In this document: positions 1-9,017 of the stretch, piece by piece
Numbering within the stretch: the first letter of the stretch is position 1
How the letters are laid out: each line of letters begins with the position of its first letter
NCBI GenBank assembly: GCA_963791045.1
Contig: CAWBQK010000011.1
Span: forward strand, 160,001 to 224,000
DNA from: Candidatus Latescibacterota bacterium
GTDB lineage: Bacteria > Krumholzibacteriota > Krumholzibacteriia > WVZY01
Reading direction: 5' to 3'
DNA: 64,000 bases
The notes under the pieces: generated by a model
Told to the model about the DNA's origin: nothing
Databases searched by the model: none
What the model saw: the letters and a program-made list of their open reading frames with translations, nothing else
Program-made: the position numbers and the translations under genes

Positions 1-1
1 T

Positions 2-2080
2 CTCCCCGTCAGACTTGACGCGCATGCGTTCGGAAATAGAGCCGATATCTCGGTGATCTACGAATCGCAGGTGGATGAAAGGGCGACGGACAATTCTATT
101 TTTGGCCCGGGATGGGTGAAGCGATGCTACAAGGCGGCCGAAGAACCGACACCGAATATTGCGCAGTCCCCGCCGATGGATTTCGATTCCATGGGTTTTG
201 TCGAAAATTCGGTTTTGACCGTGCCAGCGGAGACAGTGTTGAAGACCCAGGTGGAGGCCACGGCCGATTATCCGGATCCGCGGAACATCAACCAGAATAG
301 CGAGCTCCTGATCGGAACGGTGCTTGCCAACCTGATCTTTCCCGAGAGCGTTCCAAATGCGCTCAACCAGGAGAACTGGAAGGCAACGAGCATCGCGGAT
401 GCGACATCTCAAGCTTCTCTCGCGCTGCTGTCGTTTCAGTCCGAGTTCAAGAAAGCCAATATTAACTTTATCGTCAAGACGGTACAGGATGTGGCGGTGT
501 CCGTCGAACCGATCAATCTTTATCTGAAGGACAACACCTGGATCGTCGAAGTGATGGACCATCTCGGGTATGCCAACGACGGGAGCGATGATCGGCACCT
601 CACGGCGGTTCACGAGTACAATAACGATACCCGGAAAAAGTACGGCACGCAGTGGGTCTTTACCGCGTTTATCGCGGATGCCCGGGTCGACTCGGATCAC
701 ATGTTTTTGAGTTCGAGAAAGGCGGGCTGGTCGTTCATGGGAGGCCCCTACCTGGTCATCCCGCACCCTGCCAGCAATTTGGCGACATCACAGGTTTTCA
801 AATACTATTTTGGAACGATCTTCTGGGCGGTCGAAGAGGGGATGGGCAGTCAGTCGGCGTGCAACACGACGTCGGGATATCTCGACACCCAGAACGATAA
901 CAAGCAGACAACAGTCGACAGATACGGCGCGCCGGTCGGGTGTCCGGGCCGGCCCACACCGACACCCTGCGCGTCGAACTATGATTTTATGAAATGGTAC
1001 TCGGGGCGCCCATGCGACTGGACGGCGGGGATGATGGGGATCTCGGACTTCAATCGCAACTCGGTTCCGGACGCCCTGGACGACGGTCCGATGGTGATTT
1101 GGGAGAATGCGGAGATTGAGACCGTGTTTACGGTCAATGCGCCAATCCGATTTGATGTTGTTTCAGAAGGCGTGCCCAATGAGAATATCGCCCAGGCGCC
1201 CGAGACTCGCGTCAACTACGCGGCCCCTATCAAGTTTGTCGGCCGCGCGGATGAGAACGGTTATATCACGCAAAAATTGATCCCGAGGGACGGCGTGTAT
1301 GACGAGCTGGAGGAAGAGTTCGAGTTCTCGAGTGAACTGCTGCCCGCCGGTTTGTCCACGTTTACCGTGGTGACACGCAACACATTCAACGCGACGTCCG
1401 AACCACAGACCAAACAGCTTTTCTACATCGGACTGACCTATCTTCATTTTGGATATACGAACCGGAATGACGGCAACATGGTCAGGTTCGATCTCCTCGG
1501 TGAAACATTCGACGCAAACCTCGAACTGCATCGAATCGATGTTGATGGCGCCGGTGAAGATGTCGTGATTGCCTCGGGCCTCGATCCGCTACACTCGGTG
1601 GGCGGTTTCTCGCTCTTCGAGTATTTCGACGATGGTGTCATCCCCGGTGAACTTTACCGGTACTATGTCGAGGGGACTTTCACGACGACATACCGCGACC
1701 AGGATACGACGGTCGTTGTTCGAACCGATGACGCCGAGACACGCGCGATGATTCCGATTGTGTCGGGTGCCATGATATCGACCGCCTCGCCGAACCCGTT
1801 CAACGAAAGCACTCTGATCTCGTTCATCGTTCCGATGTCATATGACAATCCGGATGCCGAGCTTCCGATCCCGACGGAATCGGACGTGAATGTATGGGTG
1901 TATGATGTGGCTGGCCGACAGGTGAAGCGACTCTACTCGGAGCAGGTTATCGGACAGGTATTAACTTTGAGGTGGGATGGGACCGATTTCAACAACGAAC
2001 CGGCTTCCGCGGGCGTGTATTTTGTAAAGGCGAGGGCGGCGGGTGTTGAAGGGACGACAAAAGTGGTTCTCGTGCGCTAG
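2..2080 (+). CDS. Secreted protein with metalloprotease-like core (degenerate) and C-terminal FlgD-Ig/T9SS-type sorting domain; 5'-truncated by the window
   Basis: The frame is open from position 2. C-terminus reads ASPNPFNEST...VYDVAGRQVKRL...WDG...AGVYFVKA...KVVLVR. The core contains GGPYLVI followed by FKYYFGTIFWAVEE. Confidence 0.75.
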   Translation, partial: LPVRLDAHAFGNRADISVIYESQVDERATDNSIFGPGWVKRCYKAAEEPTPNIAQSPPMDFDSMGFVENSVLTVPAETVLKTQVEATADYPDPRNINQNSELLIGTVLANLIFPESVPNALNQENWKATSIADATSQASLALLSFQSEFKKANINFIVKTVQDVAVSVEPINLYLKDNTWIVEVMDHLGYANDGSDDRHLTAVHEYNNDTRKKYGTQWVFTAFIADARVDSDHMFLSSRKAGWSFMGGPYLVIPHPASNLATSQVFKYYFGTIFWAVEEGMGSQSACNTTSGYLDTQNDNKQTTVDRYGAPVGCPGRPTPTPCASNYDFMKWYSGRPCDWTAGMMGISDFNRNSVPDALDDGPMVIWENAEIETVFTVNAPIRFDVVSEGVPNENIAQAPETRVNYAAPIKFVGRADENGYITQKLIPRDGVYDELEEEFEFSSELLPAGLSTFTVVTRNTFNATSEPQTKQLFYIGLTYLHFGYTNRNDGNMVRFDLLGETFDANLELHRIDVDGAGEDVVIASGLDPLHSVGGFSLFEYFDDGVIPGELYRYYVEGTFTTTYRDQDTTVVVRTDDAETRAMIPIVSGAMISTASPNPFNESTLISFIVPMSYDNPDAELPIPTESDVNVWVYDVAGRQVKRLYSEQVIGQVLTLRWDGTDFNNEPASAGVYFVKARAAGVEGTTKVVLVR

Positions 2081-2156
2081 GCGGGCCCGAGCGTCCGCCG
2101 TGGTCTCCACTTGAATGTGGATTGAATGGCGATGGGGACTCCATCAGACCGATAAT

Positions 2157-2182
2157 ATGGGCGGGAATTTGTTCCCGCCCAT
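2157..2182. terminator. Hairpin, probable intrinsic terminator
   Basis: Perfect inverted repeat atgggcgggaa-tttg-ttcccgcccat downstream of the first CDS. Confidence 0.55.
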
Positions 2183-2279
2183 CTTGATTTCATCTCTTAA
2201 ATATGCCAAGCTAACCGGTCATTCGCCCGGCCTACCGAGCCGGCGCCCTGGATTTCATCATTAAGAGGAGTATCAACCA

Positions 2280-3266
2280 ATGTGGGAAGCCGTTTCGACA
2301 TTTGTACGCGAGCACGAGAATTTCGTGGTTACGACTCACATCAACCCCGAAGGCGACGCCATCGGGAGTGAAGTCGCGTTTGCCTGCTTTCTCGAGGGCC
2401 TGGGCAAGAAGGCAACGATCGTAAACTCGAGCGCAACTCCCTCGAATTGTCTCTATCTCGAAGGAGCGGACCGGATTGTGGTTTACGGCGACGGCTTTGA
2501 CCGGCGGATCATGGCCGAGGCCGATGCCGTCGTGATCGTCGATGTCAACAACTGGGATCATCTCGGTCCCTTCAGGGAAGAGCTCAAAATAAGTTCTACG
2601 CCCCGGTTGTGCATCGATCACCACGAGGACGCCGACGTTGATTTCGCCAAGGTCATTGTAAGCGATACCAAAGCCGCGGCCGCCGGACTGCTCGTTTATG
2701 ATTTCATCAAATATATGAAAGCAGAAATTACGCCGGCGATTGCCGATGCGGTCTACACGGCGATCCTCACCGACACGGGGTCATTCCGGTTTTCGAACAC
2801 GGACCGCCGCGCGTTTCTCGCCGCGGCGGAGCTGTGTTCGGCGGGTGTGAATCCGTTCGCGATTTTCCGACAGGTGTATGTAAAAAGCTGGGGTGCGTCT
2901 CACCTGGTTGGTTCCGCGCTTTCCACGCTGGACAAGAACTCGGACGGCAAGATCGCATGGATCAACATCACACAGAAAATGCTCGAAGAGTCCGGGGCCA
3001 TCTATGAGGACAGCGATGGGCTGGTGGAACTGGTTCGCGGGATCGAGGGTGTCGAGCTTTGCCTGATCTTCAAGGAACTTCCAAGCGGGCAGGTCAAGGT
3101 GTCGCTCCGCTCAAACGGGAAGGTCGACGCGTTCGAGATCGCCCGGAGCTTTGGCGGCGGTGGGCACCGGATGGCGTCGGGGATGCGCCTCGACGGCCCA
3201 ATGGCGGACGCCATCAAGACACTCGTTCCGGTTTGCGAGGCCCGGCTCCCCGGCACATCGAAATAA
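2280..3266 (+). CDS. nrnA: DHH/DHHA1 family bifunctional oligoribonuclease/PAP phosphatase
   Basis: Motifs THINPEGDAIGS, IDHH, TDTGSFRF and GGGGHRMASG; SD gaggag upstream. Confidence 0.9.
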   Translation: MWEAVSTFVREHENFVVTTHINPEGDAIGSEVAFACFLEGLGKKATIVNSSATPSNCLYLEGADRIVVYGDGFDRRIMAEADAVVIVDVNNWDHLGPFREELKISSTPRLCIDHHEDADVDFAKVIVSDTKAAAAGLLVYDFIKYMKAEITPAIADAVYTAILTDTGSFRFSNTDRRAFLAAAELCSAGVNPFAIFRQVYVKSWGASHLVGSALSTLDKNSDGKIAWINITQKMLEESGAIYEDSDGLVELVRGIEGVELCLIFKELPSGQVKVSLRSNGKVDAFEIARSFGGGGHRMASGMRLDGPMADAIKTLVPVCEARLPGTSK

Positions 3267-3299
3267 CACTATCCGCAGAGCTGCGGTAATCACCTGTAT

Positions 3300-3530
3300 T
3301 ATAAAAAGTTAGCTCAATACCAGAAAGGCGACGCATGGGCTCTTCGCCCCCCGTTTCTCCGGCCGCCCAGGGCGTGCCGGATGCTCTTCTCCATTCCTTC
3401 GGTGATGACGCCGGCGTCGACTTCACCTTTGTCGACGGCTTCCATTATGGCGTCGAAAGGGAGCATTACCGGCTGGAATGGTTCGTTCATATACAAGACG
3501 AGGGCGGCCCCCGGGATTGCCCGGCAGGGG
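3300..3530 (-). pseudogene. Collapsed remnant of an MqnD-like (futalosine pathway) gene
   Basis: Translates to AIPG..LVLYMNEPFQPVMLPFDAIMEAVDKGEVDAGVI then EKSIRHALG. These resemble non-contiguous MqnD segments with large internal deletions; no proper start. Confidence 0.55.
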
Positions 3531-3543
3531 GGAGCGGTCAACT

Positions 3544-4194
3544 ATGAAATCAAAAAGATTTATAGGGATTGCGGGCGGTTCATGCTCGGGCAAGACGGTG
3601 CTCGCCGAGCGCCTCGGAATACGCCTGCTTGATCTCGAGGTCGGTCGCGGGGGAGAGGGCTCGGAGGTGCGCGAGTGCCCCGTTATCTCCATCGATTCGT
3701 ACTATCTCGGGTTGGCGGATGCCACTGGGGCGGAAATCGAGCGGTACAACTTCGATGATCCCGCGGCGCTCGATCACGACCTGCTTGTCCAACATCTTTC
3801 TCTGTTGGCTTCGGGCCGGCCGGCCGACATCCCTGTGTATGATTTCTCCACACACCTTCGGACTAGTCGTGTGAGACGGGTCGAGCTGTCCGCGTTTGTT
3901 ATCGTCGAGGGGTTGTTTTCGTTGTACTGGGATGATGTCCGGGCGCTGTTCGATACGAAAGTATTTATCGATGTGCCGCACGAAGTGTGTCTTGCCCGGC
4001 GCATCGAAAGGGACACGCGGGATCGCGGCCGTCCGCGCGACGAGGTGATCCGTCGCTACGATACGATGGCGCGGCCGACGTATGACCAGAATGTTCTGCC
4101 GTCGCGGTCGCACGCCGATGTGGTTGTTGACGGGACGCGCCCCGTGGATGAAAGCGTGGACAGGGTTATGAGCGTGATTGAAGGAAGGGTGTGA
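3544..4194 (+). CDS. udk: Uridine kinase
   Basis: P-loop IGIAGGSCSGKT, plus DSYY, NFDDPAALD, IVEGL and RRIERD motifs; ATG at 3544. Confidence 0.88.
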   Translation: MKSKRFIGIAGGSCSGKTVLAERLGIRLLDLEVGRGGEGSEVRECPVISIDSYYLGLADATGAEIERYNFDDPAALDHDLLVQHLSLLASGRPADIPVYDFSTHLRTSRVRRVELSAFVIVEGLFSLYWDDVRALFDTKVFIDVPHEVCLARRIERDTRDRGRPRDEVIRRYDTMARPTYDQNVLPSRSHADVVVDGTRPVDESVDRVMSVIEGRV

Positions 4195-4330
4195 ACCCAT
4201 TCTCTGTCGTTGCACCCGCCACACACGCCAAAACCACCCATGGAGCCACCACCGATAACGTTTCCAATCGAGTGGGCCCCACCTTTTGTTGATTGCTTTA
4301 AGGTTGTGTCGTGTGGGGCGAGGCGGTGTG

Positions 4331-5518
4331 TCAGCTTCGGGGAGTGTCGTTTTGGTTGTTCCCGGTTGGGAATGTTCCTGACAGCCGGTTCAGGCGACTC
4401 ACGATCGCCGGCATCATTTCTATGACCCGGTCAATTTCTTCCTTGGTATTGTAGCGGCTCAATGAGAATCGAACCGAACCGTGCGCGAGCGAGTTCGGGA
4501 CGCCCATTGCTTTCAACACATGCGACGGCTCAATCGCGCCCGTCGCGCAGGCCGACCCGCTCGATGCGCAAATCCCCGCTTCATCCATAAGAAGAAGAAC
4601 CGCTTCGCCCTCGATCCCGTCGAAACTGATGTTCGTTGTGTTTGGAAGCCTCGAATCGGCCGTGCCGTTTCGTACGGCGGTGGGCGTGTTTGCCAAAATT
4701 CCGTTCTCGAGCGCATCGCGAAGCTCACGAATCCGTTCTATCTTTGCCGTCAGGTTGTCGGCGGCCATATCGAGGGCCGCGCCCAGACCGACTATTGCCG
4801 GGATGTTTTCGGTGCCGCTGCGCCGGCCGCGTTCCTGCCCGCCGCCGAGGATGAACGGGCTGGTCCGTGTTCCACGCCGGATATATAGGAGGCCCGTGCC
4901 TTTCGATGCGTGGAGTTTGTGCCCGGAAACCGTGAGGAGATCCACGTGGGTTTGCGTCATGTCGAGCGGGATCTTTCCCGCCGCCTGGACGGCGTCGACA
5001 TGGAGAGGAACCCCGTGGGGTTTGATGACATCAACGATCTTGTCGATCGGGAAGACCACCCCGGTCTCGTTATTCGCGAACATAATAGAAACGAGCGCCG
5101 TGTCATCAGTGATGGACTGGGCGAGTTCGTCGAGATCGAGTCGGCCTTGTGTGTCCACTCCGAGATAGGTGACTTTGTAACCGGTGTCCTCAAGATGGCG
5201 ACAGTATTCGAGCACCGATGGATGTTCAACGCTGGATGTGACGACATGGCGTTTGTGCGGGGCTGCTTCAAGAACACCCGCGATCGCCGTGTTGTTGCTT
5301 TCCGTGCCGCCGCTCGTGAAAATCAGCTCGGACTCCCGGCAATTGAGAAATGCCGCCGATTTTTCGCGGGCCTCTTTGAGAGCGGTCGACGCGACAACGC
5401 CGATCCTGTGCAGGCTCGACGGATTGCCGTAATGTTCACCGAGAAAAGGAAGCATTGCTTCGAGAACCTCGGGGGCAATCCGCGTCGTCGCGTTGTTATC
5501 CAGGTAGATCGAATTCAT
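4331..5518 (-). CDS. nifS: Cysteine desulfurase (NifS/IscS family)
   Basis: YLDNNATT, FTSGGTESNN, SGHK (PLP lysine) and SSGSAC (catalytic Cys). Confidence 0.92.
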   Translation of the reverse strand: MNSIYLDNNATTRIAPEVLEAMLPFLGEHYGNPSSLHRIGVVASTALKEAREKSAAFLNCRESELIFTSGGTESNNTAIAGVLEAAPHKRHVVTSSVEHPSVLEYCRHLEDTGYKVTYLGVDTQGRLDLDELAQSITDDTALVSIMFANNETGVVFPIDKIVDVIKPHGVPLHVDAVQAAGKIPLDMTQTHVDLLTVSGHKLHASKGTGLLYIRRGTRTSPFILGGGQERGRRSGTENIPAIVGLGAALDMAADNLTAKIERIRELRDALENGILANTPTAVRNGTADSRLPNTTNISFDGIEGEAVLLLMDEAGICASSGSACATGAIEPSHVLKAMGVPNSLAHGSVRFSLSRYNTKEEIDRVIEMMPAIVSRLNRLSGTFPTGNNQNDTPRS

Positions 5519-5524
5519 GCGGTA

Positions 5525-5553
5525 AATATATTAATAACAACGCCTTTTGTCAA
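5525..5553 (-). promoter_or_regulatory. Sigma70-type promoter of nifS, probably leaderless
   Basis: Minus strand TTGACA-17 nt-TATATT ends 6 nt before the ATG at 5518; no SD sequence. Confidence 0.6.
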
Positions 5554-5760
5554 GTTTGAGGTTGTAGGGTTTTGCCCGTGGTTCGTATCTTTTTGAATGC
5601 GTTGGGTCTGTGGTGTACGCTATTGGCCGCGGCCGCGGTTGTGATCAGCGAGTGTGTCGGTGACGGCGACGATGGCGGATACCGGTGCCTGCCGAGGTCC
5701 CGGCGATGGTGTCAGCGACTGTGACGGGTGGCATTGAAATCGACTTACAGGGAGACCACA

Positions 5761-6294
5761 ATGACCGACGAGAAACGTGTTGGACTCATAATGGTGAACA
5801 CCGGGAACGGGAAGGGCAAGACGACGGCGGCGCTCGGGACCGCGCTCCGGGCCGTCGGGTGTGAGTTCAAAGTCTTCATGGTTCAGTTTATAAAAGGGTC
5901 GTGGGATTACGGCGAGCTCCACGCGGTCGAGCGGCTGGCTCCCTTCCTGGAACTGAGGCAAATGGGCGAGGGTTTCACCTGGGAGACCAATGATCCCAAG
6001 CGTGACACGGAAGTGGCGAACAAAGCGTGGGATTTTTGCAAGAGCCTGATTGCCCGCAACGAACACGATCTCTTGATATTTGATGAAATCAACAACGCGA
6101 TGGACTATGGGTATGTCAATGTTGACGACGTCGTGGCCACATTGAAAAACAAGCCGGAAGAAATGCATGTGATATTGACCGGCCGCAATGCGCCGCAGGC
6201 GATTATTGATGTTGCCAATCTCGTTACCGAAATGCGTGAGATCAAACATCCCTTCAACGAGGGAATATTTGCGCAGAAAGGCATCGAGTATTAG
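5761..6294 (+). CDS. cobO: Cob(I)yrinic acid a,c-diamide adenosyltransferase
   Basis: TGNGKGKTTAALG, QFIKG, DEIN, LTGRNAP, TEMREIKHPF and KGIEY motifs; SD gggag. Confidence 0.93.
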   Translation: MTDEKRVGLIMVNTGNGKGKTTAALGTALRAVGCEFKVFMVQFIKGSWDYGELHAVERLAPFLELRQMGEGFTWETNDPKRDTEVANKAWDFCKSLIARNEHDLLIFDEINNAMDYGYVNVDDVVATLKNKPEEMHVILTGRNAPQAIIDVANLVTEMREIKHPFNEGIFAQKGIEY

Positions 6295-6405
6295 CGCGGG
6301 TCGTGCTCGGTCGCGTCCGGTGATCCGGGGAGTTGATGGGGCCGTTTTGGATTGTGGTGATTTCCCCTTCGGGGGAATCAGAACTCAAACACTCGAGGAA
6401 CAAAT

Positions 6406-7197
6406 ATGGATCTCGGAATTAGGGGAAAGGTTGCCGCTGTCGCCGCGGCGAGTCAGGGGTTGGGGTTTGCCGCCGCACTCAAGTTGAGTCAGGAAGGCGC
6501 GCGTGTGTTTATCTGTTCGCGCGACCAGGAACATATTGACGCGGCCGCAGAACGAATTGTCGCCGAGACCGGTGGTGAGGTTTCGGCCCATGTTGCCGAT
6601 GTGTCTCGTGCGAGTGAAGCCGTCGGATTTGTCGAAGGCGCCGCCGAAAAGTTTGGGCGTGTTGATATTCTTGTGACCAATGCCGGCGGGCCGCCGCCGG
6701 GCGGTTTTGACGACGTGGGGTTGGGAGAGCTCGAGAAGGCTTTTCGGTTAACGCTGGAGAGCGCCGTCGCCATGATGAACACGGCCATTCCGCGTATGCG
6801 CGCGGAGAAATGGGGCCGGGTCGTAAACATCACTTCGATAACCGTCAAACAGCCCGAACTGACACTTCTCATGTCGAATACGATGCGGGCGGCTCTTCTG
6901 GGATTCACCAAGTCGGTGGCACGCGAAATCGCCGCGGACAACGTGTTGATAAACAATGTTGCGCCGGGCTATACGCACACCGAGCGGCTCGAAGAATTGG
7001 CCCGGGATCTCGCAGCGCGAAAGGGAATCGGCGCGGGCGATATTTATGCCGAGTGGGAGAGCATCATTCCCGCGCGGCGGTTGGGCAATCCGGAGGAACT
7101 TGCGAACGTCATTGCGTTCTTGAGTTCCGAAGCGTCGAGTTATGTGACCGGAGTGACTGTTCAGGTCGACGGCGGTTTTGTCGCGGGATTGTTGTAG
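6406..7197 (+). CDS. SDR family oxidoreductase
   Basis: MDLGIRGK..AASQGLG, NAGGPPPG, SNTMRAAL and VDGG motifs. Confidence 0.9.
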   Translation: MDLGIRGKVAAVAAASQGLGFAAALKLSQEGARVFICSRDQEHIDAAAERIVAETGGEVSAHVADVSRASEAVGFVEGAAEKFGRVDILVTNAGGPPPGGFDDVGLGELEKAFRLTLESAVAMMNTAIPRMRAEKWGRVVNITSITVKQPELTLLMSNTMRAALLGFTKSVAREIAADNVLINNVAPGYTHTERLEELARDLAARKGIGAGDIYAEWESIIPARRLGNPEELANVIAFLSSEASSYVTGVTVQVDGGFVAGLL

Positions 7198-7480
7198 TTG
7201 TTTTGTTTGTTTTTTTGTTGAGTTGAGTTCGCTTTTTGTCATCGCGCCGACAGCGACGCGCGTTGACCGCTGAACTTTGTTCGTCGTTTTTGTTTTTTTG
7301 TCTTGACGCCTTTTTTGAAGGCGTCTTTTTGAGTTCGACGATCGCTTTGTGTTTTTTGATTTGCGTGCTCATGTGTCCACGACAAGAACGTCTTGAATCT
7401 ATCGAGACGTTTTTGTTTGGTTGTTCGGTTTTTTGTGCTCTCAAGCGTCGTGCGAGATCCAAAAAACCCCATGTTATAAT
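7198..7480. other. Strand-skewed (T-rich on +) low-complexity region with several hairpins upstream of the HNH gene
   Basis: Repeated tttg/ttttg runs. Stems include gacgcctt-tttt-gaaggcgtc (~7305-7325) and aacgtcttga-atcta-tcgagacgtt (~7387-7411). Confidence 0.6.
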
Positions 7481-7560
7481 ACAAGTGTTGACGATCCTCC
7501 CCGTTGACACATGCAGCTGTCGTAAGTCAACACACGACGTCTTTCCCCGGGAGGTTTCCC

Positions 7561-8831
7561 ATGTCTTACAACCGATCGCTCGCGAGTCTTTCCGACAAAT
7601 CGCTTCTCTCTCGCCTTCACAAACTCGTTACGCGCGAAAAGCAAACCACACTCTCTGTACTAGAGCACCTCGGCGAGGTCGATCGGAGAGATCTTCATCT
7701 CGAGTATGGCTTCAGTTCTCTCTTTGACTATTGCGTCGGCGACCTCGGGTACTCGCGCTCGGCCGCCGGCAGGCGAATCGCTTCAGCCCGATGTATCCGC
7801 CGTTACCCCGAGATGTTCGATCTTCTCGAATCGGGCGACGTTAACCTGTGCACTGTTGGTCTCGTCGCGCCGATACTGGATAACGCAAACAAGGACGTGA
7901 TCTTCCGGGAGATCCGCGGCAAGACCCAACGGGAGGTCGAGTCTATTGTCGCGAGTTTTAAGCCACCTGTCGCGTACCGTGATCGAGTGCGTCCGGTCCG
8001 TGTGGCCGTTTCGAATTTGGGCCAGAACTTCAAGAATCGCCGTAACCCGTTGATTCTAAACTCCCGCTGCGGGAGTAGCAATCGAACAAATTGCGGAATA
8101 GTTGAATCGAGTGTGCAAGAAAGGCTGGGACCGACCAGCGATACTAGTGTCGCAACCGAGCAGACGCAATTCGAGACTGCCTCATGTAAGAAGAGTTCGA
8201 CCAGGGTTGAAAAACGGTTGCTCATTCAGTTCCTGGCAAATGAAGCGTTCATGGGCAAGCTCGATGATGTCAAGTCGCTACTGTCGAACAAGATACCCGG
8301 CGCTACATTCGAAGAGGTTTTTGAAGCCGTCATTGATGAGTTCATCGAACGACACAGCCCGGAGGCGCGTTACGAACGAGGGAGAAACGCCGCGCAAAGA
8401 AGCTTGAAAAACCAAAAGAGATTCGATGCGTCGGAACCGAGGCCAAGGGAAAGATCGGCGAAGGCAAACGCCGAACCGATAAGCAGAAGCCCACGGGAAA
8501 AGGAGGGGCTGTCGGGAACGAACGACGACCGGAGAACCAGGGACCCGCAGTTGAGCGTGAGGGCGACGCACAAAAACGCACGCGACACATCGGTGCGGCT
8601 GTACGAGACGCCGTGTTCAAACGCGACGGCGGGAAGTGCACTTATGTCGGTGCCAACGGCAGAAGATGCAACTCGACGTGGGGCATCCAAATCGATCACA
8701 TCAAACCATTCGCGCGGGGCGGTGGGAACACCAAAGAGAACCTGAGGCTTCTGTGTGGGAGACACAACCGGCTTGCCGCCGAAAAGGTTTACGGCAAAGG
8801 CTTCATGGAAGGTCACTACCGGAGAGAATAG
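7561..8831 (+). CDS. DUF222-like HNH endonuclease (one frameshift near 8379)
   Basis: N-terminus HLGEVDRRDLHLEYGFSSLFDYC..LGYS...RRIASAR. A -1 shift restores ERREKRR...RHIGAAVRDAVFKRDGGKC..C..IDHIKPFARGG.N..NLRLLCGRHN. SD ggagg. Confidence 0.8.
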
Positions 8832-8843
8832 ATGTCAAACAAG

Positions 8844-9005
8844 TCACAGCAGGGCCCCGACCGAACATGACTGAACGATAGTTGTGCGCCGGGAATCGGA
8901 CGGGGGCGCTGCATTAGATTTCCGCGCGGTGTAGAGGAACGCGAATAATCCAAGAATCACCAAAAGAAGTGCCACGATCAATGCGATAAGCCTCTGTCGT
9001 TCCAT
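8844..9005 (-). CDS. Small single-TM protein (53 aa), absent from the ORF track
   Basis: SD ggagg directly after the thrC stop; translation MERQRLIALIVALLLVILGLFAFLYTARKS...GALL*. Confidence 0.6.
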   Translation of the reverse strand: MERQRLIALIVALLLVILGLFAFLYTARKSNAAPPSDSRRTTIVQSCSVGALL

Positions 9006-9017
9006 GGTTGCCTCCCG

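Noticed and set aside
4210-4330. Imperfect long hairpin between convergent udk and nifS as an ncRNA or REP element
   Set aside because: Pairing is loose, there is no second copy in the window, and no promoter is evident. It may simply aid termination.
5560-5760. Cobalamin riboswitch upstream of cobO
   Set aside because: Only a weak gcgactgtga similarity; the conserved GGGAA/B12-box arrangement is not recognisable.
8370-8390. Programmed -1 frameshift in the HNH gene
   Set aside because: There is no slippery sequence; a single missing base restores the expected ERREKRR and matches the window-wide error pattern.
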